From the UHGV virus genome UHGV-0315034: 14,940 bases of DNA; one strand, given 5' to 3'. Source of the stretch: a virus. The translations under genes and the position numbers were made by a program. Under the pieces are notes generated by a model. It did not search any database and was not told the origin of the DNA. It saw only the letters and a program-made list of their open reading frames with translations. Below, piece by piece: positions 8,241 through 14,940 of the stretch (position 1 is its first letter; the number at the start of each line of letters is the position of its first letter).

Positions 8241-9152
8241 ATGAGCCATCAGTCCGCCCACCAACAAGAAATGTCTTTATTTCCTGTAAAAGAAGTTGAA
8301 GTAAACGGTGTACAAATGGGTGTTCTCAATGATGGAACTCCATTTTTGAGTCTCCGTGGATTATCTAGGTTATGTGGGGTCGATCACACCACACTTTTAC
8401 CTCTCACCACCAACTGGTCAATAGAAAAGAATAAACCCAGAGGAAGGAGAATTGCGGAGCTTCTTTCAGAGAATGGTTTTAAAGGTGATCAATTATATTC
8501 CGTTGTCGGCGGAGGCGCATTTGGTGATACACATGCCTATCCAGATGCCGTATGCATGGCAATTCTTGAATATTATGCTTTCGATGCCACACAGGTTGAT
8601 AGCACTATAGCCAGGAAAAATTACCGCCTATTAGCACGTCAAACACTTCGAGACTATATATACAAAAGTGTAGGTATTGACCCGAGAAATCCAATTAGTG
8701 GCGCCTGGAAATGTTTTCAAGAGCGAATATTGCTTAATGACAAAATTCCTGCAGGTTTCTTCAGTGTTTTTAGAGAGATGGTCGATATCACAGTTCCACT
8801 TATCAATGCAGGATTTGAGCTTGGCCCAAAAACAGTACCTGATATTAGTGTGGGTGGACGATGGGCAATCCACTGGAAGAAAAACAATCTTAGTGAAAAA
8901 TATGGCGATGTGAAAAAATATCCACATGAATATCCAGATTGGTTTCCTCAAAGTAAAGCAGGAAAAGTTCCTGCCAATATTTATCCGGAAGAGGCTTTAG
9001 GTGAATTTCGCAGATGGCTAAGAGAAGAATACATTCCAAAGGGTTTCAAAGATTATCTTGCTGATAAAGTTCAGCAGAAAGTAATTGAAAATACTAAGGC
9101 TATTGAAGTTTTAGAAAATTTGCAGCGCCCAAATCTCCCTAAGGCTCGTTAA
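8241..9152 (+). CDS. 303-aa protein in the rex slot downstream of cI; KilA-N/Bro-N-like N-terminus; possible BstA-family abortive-infection protein
   Basis: Co-oriented 72 bp downstream of cI and followed by a clean terminator. N-terminal VNGVQMGVLNDGTPFLSLRGLSRLCGVDHTTL resembles KilA-N-type DNA-binding domains. Size and position match what I recall of BstA; not lambda RexA by recall. AT-richer than flanking phage genes. Confidence 0.45.
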   Translation: MSHQSAHQQEMSLFPVKEVEVNGVQMGVLNDGTPFLSLRGLSRLCGVDHTTLLPLTTNWSIEKNKPRGRRIAELLSENGFKGDQLYSVVGGGAFGDTHAYPDAVCMAILEYYAFDATQVDSTIARKNYRLLARQTLRDYIYKSVGIDPRNPISGAWKCFQERILLNDKIPAGFFSVFREMVDITVPLINAGFELGPKTVPDISVGGRWAIHWKKNNLSEKYGDVKKYPHEYPDWFPQSKAGKVPANIYPEEALGEFRRWLREEYIPKGFKDYLADKVQQKVIENTKAIEVLENLQRPNLPKAR

Positions 9153-9159
9153 TTCTCAT

Positions 9160-9186
9160 CCCGGCTGCCATGCCGGGTTTCTTTTG
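9160..9186 (+). terminator. Rho-independent terminator (stem CCCGGC/GCCGGG, loop TGCCAT, then TTTCTTTTG)
   Basis: Read directly, 8 nt after the stop of the 303-aa gene. Confidence 0.7.
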
Positions 9187-9289
9187 CCTTCTCCTCATCA
9201 CACACCGTTCAAAAAACCACCACGACCTCGCTTCAGTTATCGCTATGCGATGCAAGTCACAAAATAAATCCATCTTAAATACAACCAGT

Positions 9290-9350
9290 TATATCTAAAA
9301 CAACCAACAAAACAACTTTTGTTGTTGACGATAAAACAACTATAGTTTTA
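9290..9350 (+). promoter_or_regulatory. pL/oL-equivalent region: palindrome AACAAC-TTTT-GTTGTT (9311..9326), extra AACAAC half-sites, TTGACG -35-like hexamer
   Basis: Read directly; shares the GTTGTT/AACAAC half-site with the 7414..7438 operator; located upstream of the gam-bet-exo operon on the same strand. Exact -10 not confidently assigned. Confidence 0.4.
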
Positions 9351-9426
9351 AATGAATTCATCGCAACAACACAACGATACGGCAATCACCTGATTCACCG
9401 TTGCGATGACCGCTTAGATCCGCAGC

Positions 9427-9837
9427 TTGAATTTCAGCAGGCTCCGGGGAGTGCGAGGGGTGAAGCGGACGCGTGAACGTCGGTGTGACCAGCTGAAATC
9501 AACTCAACACTTCATACCTCAGTCGCTTCAACGAGGCGGCTTAGTTATGACAACCGGCGGCCATCCACCGCCTGAATACGCGCAGAAGTCTCTATATGTT
9601 CAGCAGCCCAGCTTACGGGCAGGAGTTTTTATGGTTCATCAACATTACGGAACGCAGACCGTTAATCGAGGTGCGGTCATGCCAGGAATGCTGGTCAAAC
9701 ACAAAGATGGTACCTGGACTGCATCAGCTAATTTACGCGGACGGCTATATCTGCATCGCGGCATCGAGCGCACTTATACCCGTGATTTGCTCGTGGAAGT
9801 TTTTCTCGACGGACGCGGTAACGGCCTGAATCACTAA
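9427..9837 (+). CDS. Hypothetical early protein downstream of pL; Arg-rich N-terminus (possible N-like antiterminator); start codon uncertain
   Basis: Open frame of 136 codons from a TTG start; N-terminal [15 protein letters not shown] resembles an arginine-rich RNA-binding motif (lambda N has QTRRRERRAEK). Alternative ATG starts at 9547 and at 9631, the latter with AGGAG 6 nt upstream. No similarity to lambda N, kil or cIII by recall. Confidence 0.3.
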   Translation: MNFSRLRGVRGVKRTRERRCDQLKSTQHFIPQSLQRGGLVMTTGGHPPPEYAQKSLYVQQPSLRAGVFMVHQHYGTQTVNRGAVMPGMLVKHKDGTWTASANLRGRLYLHRGIERTYTRDLLVEVFLDGRGNGLNH

Positions 9838-9912
9838 TCCCCTTTCCTGTTTTCCTAATCAGCCTGGCATTTCGCGGGCGATATTTTCACAGCCATTTTC
9901 AGGAGTTCAGCC

Positions 9913-10209
9913 ATGAACGCTTATTACATTCAGGATCGTCTTGAGGCTCAGAGCTGGGCACGTCACTACCAGCTGATCGCCCGTGAAGAGAAAGAGGCAG
10001 AACTGGCAGACGACATGGAAAAAGGTCTTCCACAGCACCTGTTTGAATCACTCTGCATCGATCATTTGCAACGCCACGGGGCCAGCAAAAAAGCCATTAC
10101 TCGTGCATTTGATGACGATGTTGAGTTTCAGGAGCGTATGGCAGAACACATCCGGTACATGGTTGAAACCATTGCTCACCACCAGGTTGATATTGATTCA
10201 GAGGTATAA
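9913..10209 (+). CDS. gam: Gam (RecBCD inhibitor), short-form length
   Basis: [20 protein letters not shown]...[10 protein letters not shown] matches the lambda Gam short form as recalled; AGGAG RBS; in-frame TAA at 9856..9858 excludes a lambda-style long form from an ATG. Confidence 0.9.
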   Translation: MNAYYIQDRLEAQSWARHYQLIAREEKEAELADDMEKGLPQHLFESLCIDHLQRHGASKKAITRAFDDDVEFQERMAEHIRYMVETIAHHQVDIDSEV

Positions 10210-10214
10210 AGCGG

Positions 10215-11000
10215 ATGAGTACAGCACTCGCAACGCTGGCAGGGAAGCTGGCTGAACGTGTCGGCATGGATTCTGTCGACCCACAGGAACTGATCACCAC
10301 TCTTCGCCAGACGGCATTTAAAGGTGATGCCAGCGATGCGCAGTTCATCGCATTGTTGATCGTCGCCAACCAGTACGGCCTTAATCCGTGGACGAAAGAA
10401 ATTTACGCCTTCCCTGATAAGCAGAACGGCATCGTTCCGGTGGTGGGCGTTGATGGCTGGTCCCGCATCATCAATGAAAACCAGCAGTTTGATGGCATGG
10501 ACTTTGAGCAGGACAATGAATCCTGTACATGCCGGATTTACCGCAAGGACCGTAATCATCCGATCTGCGTTACCGAATGGATGGATGAATGCCGCCGCGA
10601 ACCATTCAAAACTCGCGAAGGCAGAGAAATCACGGGGCCGTGGCAGTCGCATCCCAAACGGATGTTACGGCATAAAGCCATGATTCAGTGTGCCCGTCTG
10701 GCCTTCGGATTTGCTGGTATCTATGACAAGGATGAAGCCGAGCGCATTGTCGAAAATACTGCATACACTGCAGAACGTCAGCCAGAACGCGACATCACTC
10801 CGGTTAACGATGAAACCATGCAGGAGATTAACACTCTGCTGATCGCCCTGGATAAAACATGGGATGACGACTTATTGCCGCTCTGTTCCCAGATATTTCG
10901 CCGCGACATTCGTGCATCGTCAGAACTGACACAGGCCGAAGCAGTGAAAGCTCTTGGATTCCTGAAACAAAAAGCCACTGAGCAGAAGGTGGCAGCATGA
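10215..11000 (+). CDS. bet: Bet (Red-beta single-strand annealing recombinase)
   Basis: 261 aa; [59 protein letters not shown]... matches lambda Bet as recalled. Confidence 0.95.
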   Translation: MSTALATLAGKLAERVGMDSVDPQELITTLRQTAFKGDASDAQFIALLIVANQYGLNPWTKEIYAFPDKQNGIVPVVGVDGWSRIINENQQFDGMDFEQDNESCTCRIYRKDRNHPICVTEWMDECRREPFKTREGREITGPWQSHPKRMLRHKAMIQCARLAFGFAGIYDKDEAERIVENTAYTAERQPERDITPVNDETMQEINTLLIALDKTWDDDLLPLCSQIFRRDIRASSELTQAEAVKALGFLKQKATEQKVAA

Positions 11001-11677
11001 CACCGGACATTATCCTGCAGCGTACCGGGATCGACGTGAGAGCTGTCGAGCAGGGGGATGATGCGTGGCACAAATTACGGCTCGGCGTCATCACCGCTTC
11101 AGAAGTTCACAATGTGATAGCAAAACCCCGCTCCGGAAAAAAGTGGCCTGACATGAAAATGTCCTACTTCCACACCCTGCTGGCTGAGGTTTGCACCGGT
11201 GTGGCTCCGGAAGTTAATGCTAAGGCGCTGGCATGGGGAAAACAGTACGAGAACGACGCCAGAACTCTGTTTGAATTCACTTCCGGCGTGAATGTTACTG
11301 AATCCCCGATCATCTATCGCGACGAAAGTATGCGTACCGCCTGCTCTCCCGATGGTTTATGCAGTGACGGCAATGGCCTTGAGCTGAAATGCCCGTTTAC
11401 CTCCCGGGATTTCATGAAATTCCGGCTCGGTGGTTTCGAGGCCATAAAGTCGGCTTACATGGCCCAGGTGCAGTACAGCATGTGGGTGACGCGAAAAGAT
11501 GCCTGGTACTTTGCCAACTATGACCCACGAATGAAGCGTGAAGGCCTGCATTATGTCGTGGTTGAGCGGGATGAAAAGTACATGGCGAATTTTGACGAGA
11601 TGGTGCCGGAGTTCATCGAAAAAATGGACGAGGCACTGGCTGAAATTGGTTTTGTATTTGGGGAGCAATGGCGATGA
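10997..11677 (+). CDS. exo: Exo (lambda exonuclease, Red-alpha)
   Basis: 226 aa; [65 protein letters not shown]... matches lambda Exo as recalled; ATGA overlap with bet. Confidence 0.95.
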   Translation: MTPDIILQRTGIDVRAVEQGDDAWHKLRLGVITASEVHNVIAKPRSGKKWPDMKMSYFHTLLAEVCTGVAPEVNAKALAWGKQYENDARTLFEFTSGVNVTESPIIYRDESMRTACSPDGLCSDGNGLELKCPFTSRDFMKFRLGGFEAIKSAYMAQVQYSMWVTRKDAWYFANYDPRMKREGLHYVVVERDEKYMANFDEMVPEFIEKMDEALAEIGFVFGEQWR

Positions 11678-11832
11678 AGCATCCTCGCGATAATATCCGG
11701 GTAGGCGCGATCACTTTCATCTACTCCGTTACAAAGCGAGGCTGGGTATTTCCCGGCCTTTCTGTTATCAGAAATCCACTGAAAGCACAGCGGCTGGCTG
11801 AGGAGATAAATAATAAACGGGAGAGTGTATGA
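11674..11832 (+). CDS. Small ORF (52 aa) translationally coupled to exo and to the downstream gene
   Basis: Own translation: [52 protein letters not shown]; ATGA overlaps at both ends. Below the ORF-track size cut-off. Occupies the position of lambda orf60a. Confidence 0.45.
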   Translation: MKHPRDNIRVGAITFIYSVTKRGWVFPGLSVIRNPLKAQRLAEEINNKRESV

Positions 11833-12581
11833 TTCATTTTCACGGTGGTCCAATAACTCCCGATACCTGTGCGTTGAAAGCCTGGAAAGGCAGACACGCA
11901 TTCATCAGTTTTGCTAATCCAGCTCAGATTGATCTGGCTTCCGAAGTCACCCAATCATTTGCTCTTGATAATGGTGCATTCACATTCTGGACAAAAAACA
12001 AGGCCGTAGACTGGAATGAATATTACAGATTTGTTGAACGCTGGGGTAATCACCCTCGTTTCTCATTCGCGGTTATCCCGGATGTTATCGGCGGAACCAG
12101 TGAAGAGAATGACGCCCTGATTGCGGCATGGCCTCACGGTAAATTTATTGGTGCTCCGGTGTGGCACATGAACGAACCAGATGAGCGATTTATTCGTCTG
12201 TGCCATGAGTTTCCCCGCGTCTGCATCGGCTCGATGGGGGAATACGATGCAAAACGACCGAGAGCGTGTCGGGCTAAACTACGCGATCTTATACGTCATG
12301 TTGTAGATCAGTACGGCTACCCAATCACCAAGATTCATGGGTTACGGATGTTAAATAAAGACATTTTTACTCATGTACCGCTTTCGTCTGCAGACAGCAC
12401 GAACGTCGCAAGAAATATAGGCATCGACAAATCCTGGGTAGGTTCGCCATATGCTCCCGCAAGTAAAGAAACCCGTACGCAAGTTCTTGTGGAACGCATT
12501 GAATCATTCAACAGTGCCAGTTCACTTAATTACAACGCTGAACGGGACGTCTTTACCCCTCAACTGGCATTCGAAGTGTGA
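11829..12581 (+). CDS. 250-aa protein with TGT-fold (tRNA-guanine transglycosylase-like) motifs; candidate DpdA-type DNA guanine transglycosylase
   Basis: By eye against recalled E. coli Tgt: ALDNGAF (residues ~45-51) vs TDSGGFQ catalytic-Asp motif; CIGSMGEY (~132-139) vs GGLAVGE; SSADSTNVARN (~186-196) vs FDCVMPTRNARN, with similar spacing. No CxCxxC zinc subdomain. Not computed. Confidence 0.5.
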   Translation: MIHFHGGPITPDTCALKAWKGRHAFISFANPAQIDLASEVTQSFALDNGAFTFWTKNKAVDWNEYYRFVERWGNHPRFSFAVIPDVIGGTSEENDALIAAWPHGKFIGAPVWHMNEPDERFIRLCHEFPRVCIGSMGEYDAKRPRACRAKLRDLIRHVVDQYGYPITKIHGLRMLNKDIFTHVPLSSADSTNVARNIGIDKSWVGSPYAPASKETRTQVLVERIESFNSASSLNYNAERDVFTPQLAFEV

Positions 12582-12588
12582 GGCCAAT

Positions 12589-12804
12589 ATGACAATAGAA
12601 CATAATAACGCCCTTCGCAGCATAGCCCGTCAGGCTAATTCTGAAATCAAAAAAGCCAGACAGCAGTTTCCGGATAAAAACGTCGATGACATTTGCCGTA
12701 GCGTACTGAAGAAGCACCGCGAAACGGTAACGCTGATGGGATTCACACCGACTCATTTAAGCCTGGCGATCGGCATGTTAAACGGCGTCTTTAAGGAGCG
12801 ATGA
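12589..12804 (+). CDS. Hypothetical small protein (71 aa)
   Basis: ATG 12589 with GAGG 5 nt upstream; lies in the longer ORF-track frame 12451..12804, whose upstream part overlaps the preceding gene. Confidence 0.5.
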   Translation: MTIEHNNALRSIARQANSEIKKARQQFPDKNVDDICRSVLKKHRETVTLMGFTPTHLSLAIGMLNGVFKER

Positions 12805-12826
12805 ACATGAAAAGCAAAATCATCAG

Positions 12827-12850
12827 GGAGCTACAGGCTCCTTTTTTATT
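12827..12850 (+). terminator. Putative rho-independent terminator (stem GGAGC/GCTCC, loop TACAG, then TTTTTTATT)
   Basis: Read directly between the 71-aa gene and the TraR-like gene. Confidence 0.45.
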
Positions 12851-12902
12851 ATTCGCATTCACCCTCAAGCGTATTAACCAACAATTCAGGGATTAATGGA
12901 AG

Positions 12903-13121
12903 ATGGCAGACATCATTGATTCAGCATCAGAAATCGAAGAATTACAGCGCAATACAGCAATAAAAATGCGTCGTCTGAACCACCAGGTTATATCTGCCAC
13001 TCATTGTTGTGAGTGTGGCGATCCCATAGATGAACGAAGACGCCTGGCCGTTCAGGGTTGTCGGACTTGTGCAAGTTGCCAGGAGGAGATCGAACTTAAG
13101 AACAAACAATGGGGATTGTGA
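12903..13121 (+). CDS. DksA/TraR-family C4 zinc-finger protein
   Basis: 72 aa with CxxC...CxxC spacing (CCECGDPIDERRRLAVQGCRTCASC) typical of TraR/DksA C4 zinc fingers common in lambdoid exo-xis regions. Confidence 0.65.
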   Translation: MADIIDSASEIEELQRNTAIKMRRLNHQVISATHCCECGDPIDERRRLAVQGCRTCASCQEEIELKNKQWGL

Positions 13122-13168
13122 TGGCCTCAAAGCAGCAAATTTCAACATCGTCCAACTGAGGTGTAAAA

Positions 13169-13447
13169 ATGTTCAGAATCATTTTTCCTAACACCTGGTA
13201 CATCGACCACCACGGCACTCCCTGCAAAATCCTGCGTTCTACCCACAACAAAGTTCACTACATCCGAAAAGGCAGAACATGTATCGCCAGCATGTTCCGC
13301 TTTAATCATGACTTTGAACCTGTGAATAAAGCTGATGCAGATCGGATAGCAGAAGAGATCGAAACGGCAGAACACATTAAGAAGTTACGTGACATGCGTT
13401 CAAAAAGCAGAGGTAACCATGGAATCATACAGCCTCACACTCGATGA
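13169..13447 (+). CDS. Hypothetical protein (92 aa)
   Basis: ORF with GAGGTG RBS 7 nt upstream of ATG; no family recognised. Confidence 0.5.
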   Translation: MFRIIFPNTWYIDHHGTPCKILRSTHNKVHYIRKGRTCIASMFRFNHDFEPVNKADADRIAEEIETAEHIKKLRDMRSKSRGNHGIIQPHTR

Positions 13448-13769
13448 GGCCTGTCAGTTTCTCAAGATATCCAGACCTACCGCTACCAACTGGATACGAA
13501 CAGGCCGCCTACAGGCAACACGCAAAGACCCCACTAAACTAAAATCTCCTTACCTCACAACACGACAAGCCTGCATTGCGGCGCTTCAGTCTCCGCTGCA
13601 TACTGTCCAGGTGAGCGCGGGTGATGGCATAACAGAGGAAAGAAAATGTCACTCTTCCGCAGAGGTGAAATATGGTACGCCAGTTTCACATTGCCGAACG
13701 GTAAAAGATTTAAACAGTCTCTTGGAACAAAGGACAAAAGGCAGGCGACAGAGCTCCATGACAAGCTAA
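13419..13769 (+). CDS. xis: Excisionase Xis (P22-type)
   Basis: [38 protein letters not shown]... matches P22 Xis as recalled; GAGG RBS; 124-nt overlap with the int start in a different frame. Confidence 0.85.
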   Translation: MESYSLTLDEACQFLKISRPTATNWIRTGRLQATRKDPTKLKSPYLTTRQACIAALQSPLHTVQVSAGDGITEERKCHSSAEVKYGTPVSHCRTVKDLNSLLEQRTKGRRQSSMTS

Positions 13770-14809
13770 AGGCTGAAGCATGGCGGGTCAGCAAACTTGG
13801 TGAAATACCTGATATGACGTTCGAGGAGGCGTGTATCAGGTGGCTCGAAGAGAAAGCACATAAAAAATCACTGGACGATGACAAAAGCCGGATCGGATTC
13901 TGGCTTCAACATTTCGCAGGAATGCAACTAAGAGACATTACTGAATCAAAAATTTATTCAGCAATGCAGAAAATGACGAACCGGCGTCATGAGGAAAACT
14001 GGAAACTCAGGGCAGAAGCATGCAGAAAAAAAGGGAAACCTGTTCCAGAATACACGCCAAAACCAGCGTCCGTTGCAACGAAGGCTACGCATCTTTCATT
14101 TATAAAGGCCCTACTAAGAGCCGCAGAGCGTGAATGGAAAATGCTGGATAAGGCACCAATTATTAAAGTGCCTCAACCAAAGAATAAACGGATCCGCTGG
14201 CTGGAGCCCCATGAAGCACAAAGGCTGATTGATGAATGTCCGGAGCCATTAAAGTCTGTTGTTGAATTTGCACTGGCAACAGGCTTAAGACGCTCGAACA
14301 TCATCAACCTTGAATGGCAACAAATAGATATGCAGCGCCGGGTGGCATGGATAAACCCGGAAGAGAGTAAATCAAACCGCGCAATCGGCGTTGCGCTGAA
14401 TGATACTGCATGTCGCGTTTTGAAAAAACAAATCGGGAATCATCACCGTTGGGTATTTGTGTACAAGGAAAGCTGTACCAAACCAGACGGAACGAAAGCG
14501 CCAACAGTAAGGAAGATGCGGTATGACGCAAACACAGCCTGGAAAGCGGCGCTGAGACGGGCTGGTATTGATGATTTCAGATTTCACGACTTGAGACACA
14601 CCTGGGCAAGTTGGCTGGTTCAAGCCGGAGTCCCGTTGTCAGTGTTACAGGAAATGGGAGGCTGGGAGTCTATCGAAATGGTTCGTCGATATGCTCACCT
14701 TGCACCTAATCACCTTACCGAACACGCACGGCAAATAGACTCGATCCTGAACCCATCGGTCCCAAATTTGTCCCAGTCAAAAAATAAGGAAGGTACTAAT
14801 GATGTGTAA
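13646..14809 (+). CDS. int: Tyrosine integrase (P22 Int-type)
   Basis: 387 aa; [47 protein letters not shown]... matches P22 Int as recalled; C-terminal [10 protein letters not shown]...YAHL catalytic region; ends 14 bp before the tRNA 3' end. Confidence 0.95.
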   Translation: MSLFRRGEIWYASFTLPNGKRFKQSLGTKDKRQATELHDKLKAEAWRVSKLGEIPDMTFEEACIRWLEEKAHKKSLDDDKSRIGFWLQHFAGMQLRDITESKIYSAMQKMTNRRHEENWKLRAEACRKKGKPVPEYTPKPASVATKATHLSFIKALLRAAEREWKMLDKAPIIKVPQPKNKRIRWLEPHEAQRLIDECPEPLKSVVEFALATGLRRSNIINLEWQQIDMQRRVAWINPEESKSNRAIGVALNDTACRVLKKQIGNHHRWVFVYKESCTKPDGTKAPTVRKMRYDANTAWKAALRRAGIDDFRFHDLRHTWASWLVQAGVPLSVLQEMGGWESIEMVRRYAHLAPNHLTEHARQIDSILNPSVPNLSQSKNKEGTNDV

Positions 14810-14823
14810 CTTATTGATTTAAA

Positions 14824-14899
14824 TGGTGCCGATAATAGGAGTCGAACCTACGACCTTCGCATTACGAATGCGCTGCTCTACCAACTGAGCTATATCGGC
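14824..14899 (-). tRNA. thrW: tRNA-Thr (anticodon CGU), thrW-type; prophage attachment junction overlaps its 3' end
   Basis: Reverse complement of 14824..14899 folds as a 76-nt cloverleaf: acceptor GCCGATA/TATCGGC, D-stem GCTC/GAGC, anticodon loop TTCGTAA, T-loop GGTTCGACTCC, encoded CCA. Confidence 0.9.
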
Positions 14900-14940
14900 C
14901 CTGAAAGGACATGTTCACGAACGTGAATCACGGTGGACAA

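Larger units (their letters stand above)
1..14823. mobile_element. Lambdoid prophage (int-proximal end), apparently defective; window starts inside it
   Basis: Contiguous phage modules (int/xis, exo/bet/gam, cI/cro, O/P/ren, tail genes) ending 14 bp from the 3' end of a tRNA gene. Head, lysis and Q modules absent between ren and tail genes. Confidence 0.85.

Noticed and set aside
8631-8951. ORFs 8631..8951 (minus) and 8677..8913 (plus) within the rex-slot gene
   Set aside because: Nested or antisense in AT-rich DNA, where chance ORFs are common; the 303-aa frame has the terminator and position supporting it.
9596-9829. Alternative-frame 77-aa ORF overlapping the early ORF
   Set aside because: Trp/Cys-rich, no RBS; the other frame is open over a longer span.
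9983-11094. ORFs overlapping gam and bet (9983..10255, 10097..10369, 10176..10652, 10450..10683, 10778..11071, 10828..11094)
   Set aside because: gam and bet are recognised with high confidence; these are alternative-frame or antisense shadows.
11357-11954. Minus-strand ORFs 11357..11668, 11551..11901, 11721..11954
   Set aside because: Antisense to exo, the coupled small ORF and the TGT-like gene.
12801-12896. 31-aa ORF (MNMKSKIIRELQAPFLLFAFTLKRINQQFRD) with ATGA coupling to the upstream gene
   Set aside because: It would have to be translated through the putative terminator hairpin and is very short; a membrane peptide is possible but unsupported.
12942-13375. Minus-strand ORFs 12942..13148 and 13142..13375; 12553..12756
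   Set aside because: Antisense to the TraR-like and adjacent plus-strand genes that have RBS support.
13555-14623. Minus-strand ORFs 13555..13884, 14304..14531, 14372..14623
   Set aside because: Antisense to xis and int.

Overview
This window is the integrase-proximal ~14.8 kb of a lambdoid prophage integrated next to a tRNA-Thr(CGU) gene (thrW-type site, minus strand, 14824..14899). Reading from the tRNA leftwards: P22-type int/xis, an exo-xis accessory block, lambda-type exo/bet/gam, a pL/oL region, the immunity region (LexA-like CI repressor with a 303-aa gene in the rex slot, then divergent Cro-like and CII-position genes), replication genes O (with a 5-iteron origin), P and ren, then an AT-rich ~1.9 kb island, and finally a ninB-like start fused in frame to a Mu-gpN-like tail/baseplate gene, a truncated baseplate gene and the start of a tail fibre gene. 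The nin/Q/lysis/head/tail-sheath modules appear to be deleted, so this looks like a cryptic, defective prophage. Three accessory loci stand out: (1) the AT-rich island between ren and ninB, carrying a 472-aa protein I cannot assign to any family plus a convergent 84-aa ORF, which is the best candidate for an undescribed exclusion/defence system; (2) the 303-aa KilA-N-like gene downstream of cI, possibly BstA-like; (3) a 250-aa protein in the exo-xis region with tRNA-guanine-transglycosylase-like motifs, possibly a DpdA-type DNA guanine transglycosylase. All protein identifications rest on recall of family sequences and motifs read by eye; no database search or alignment was run.
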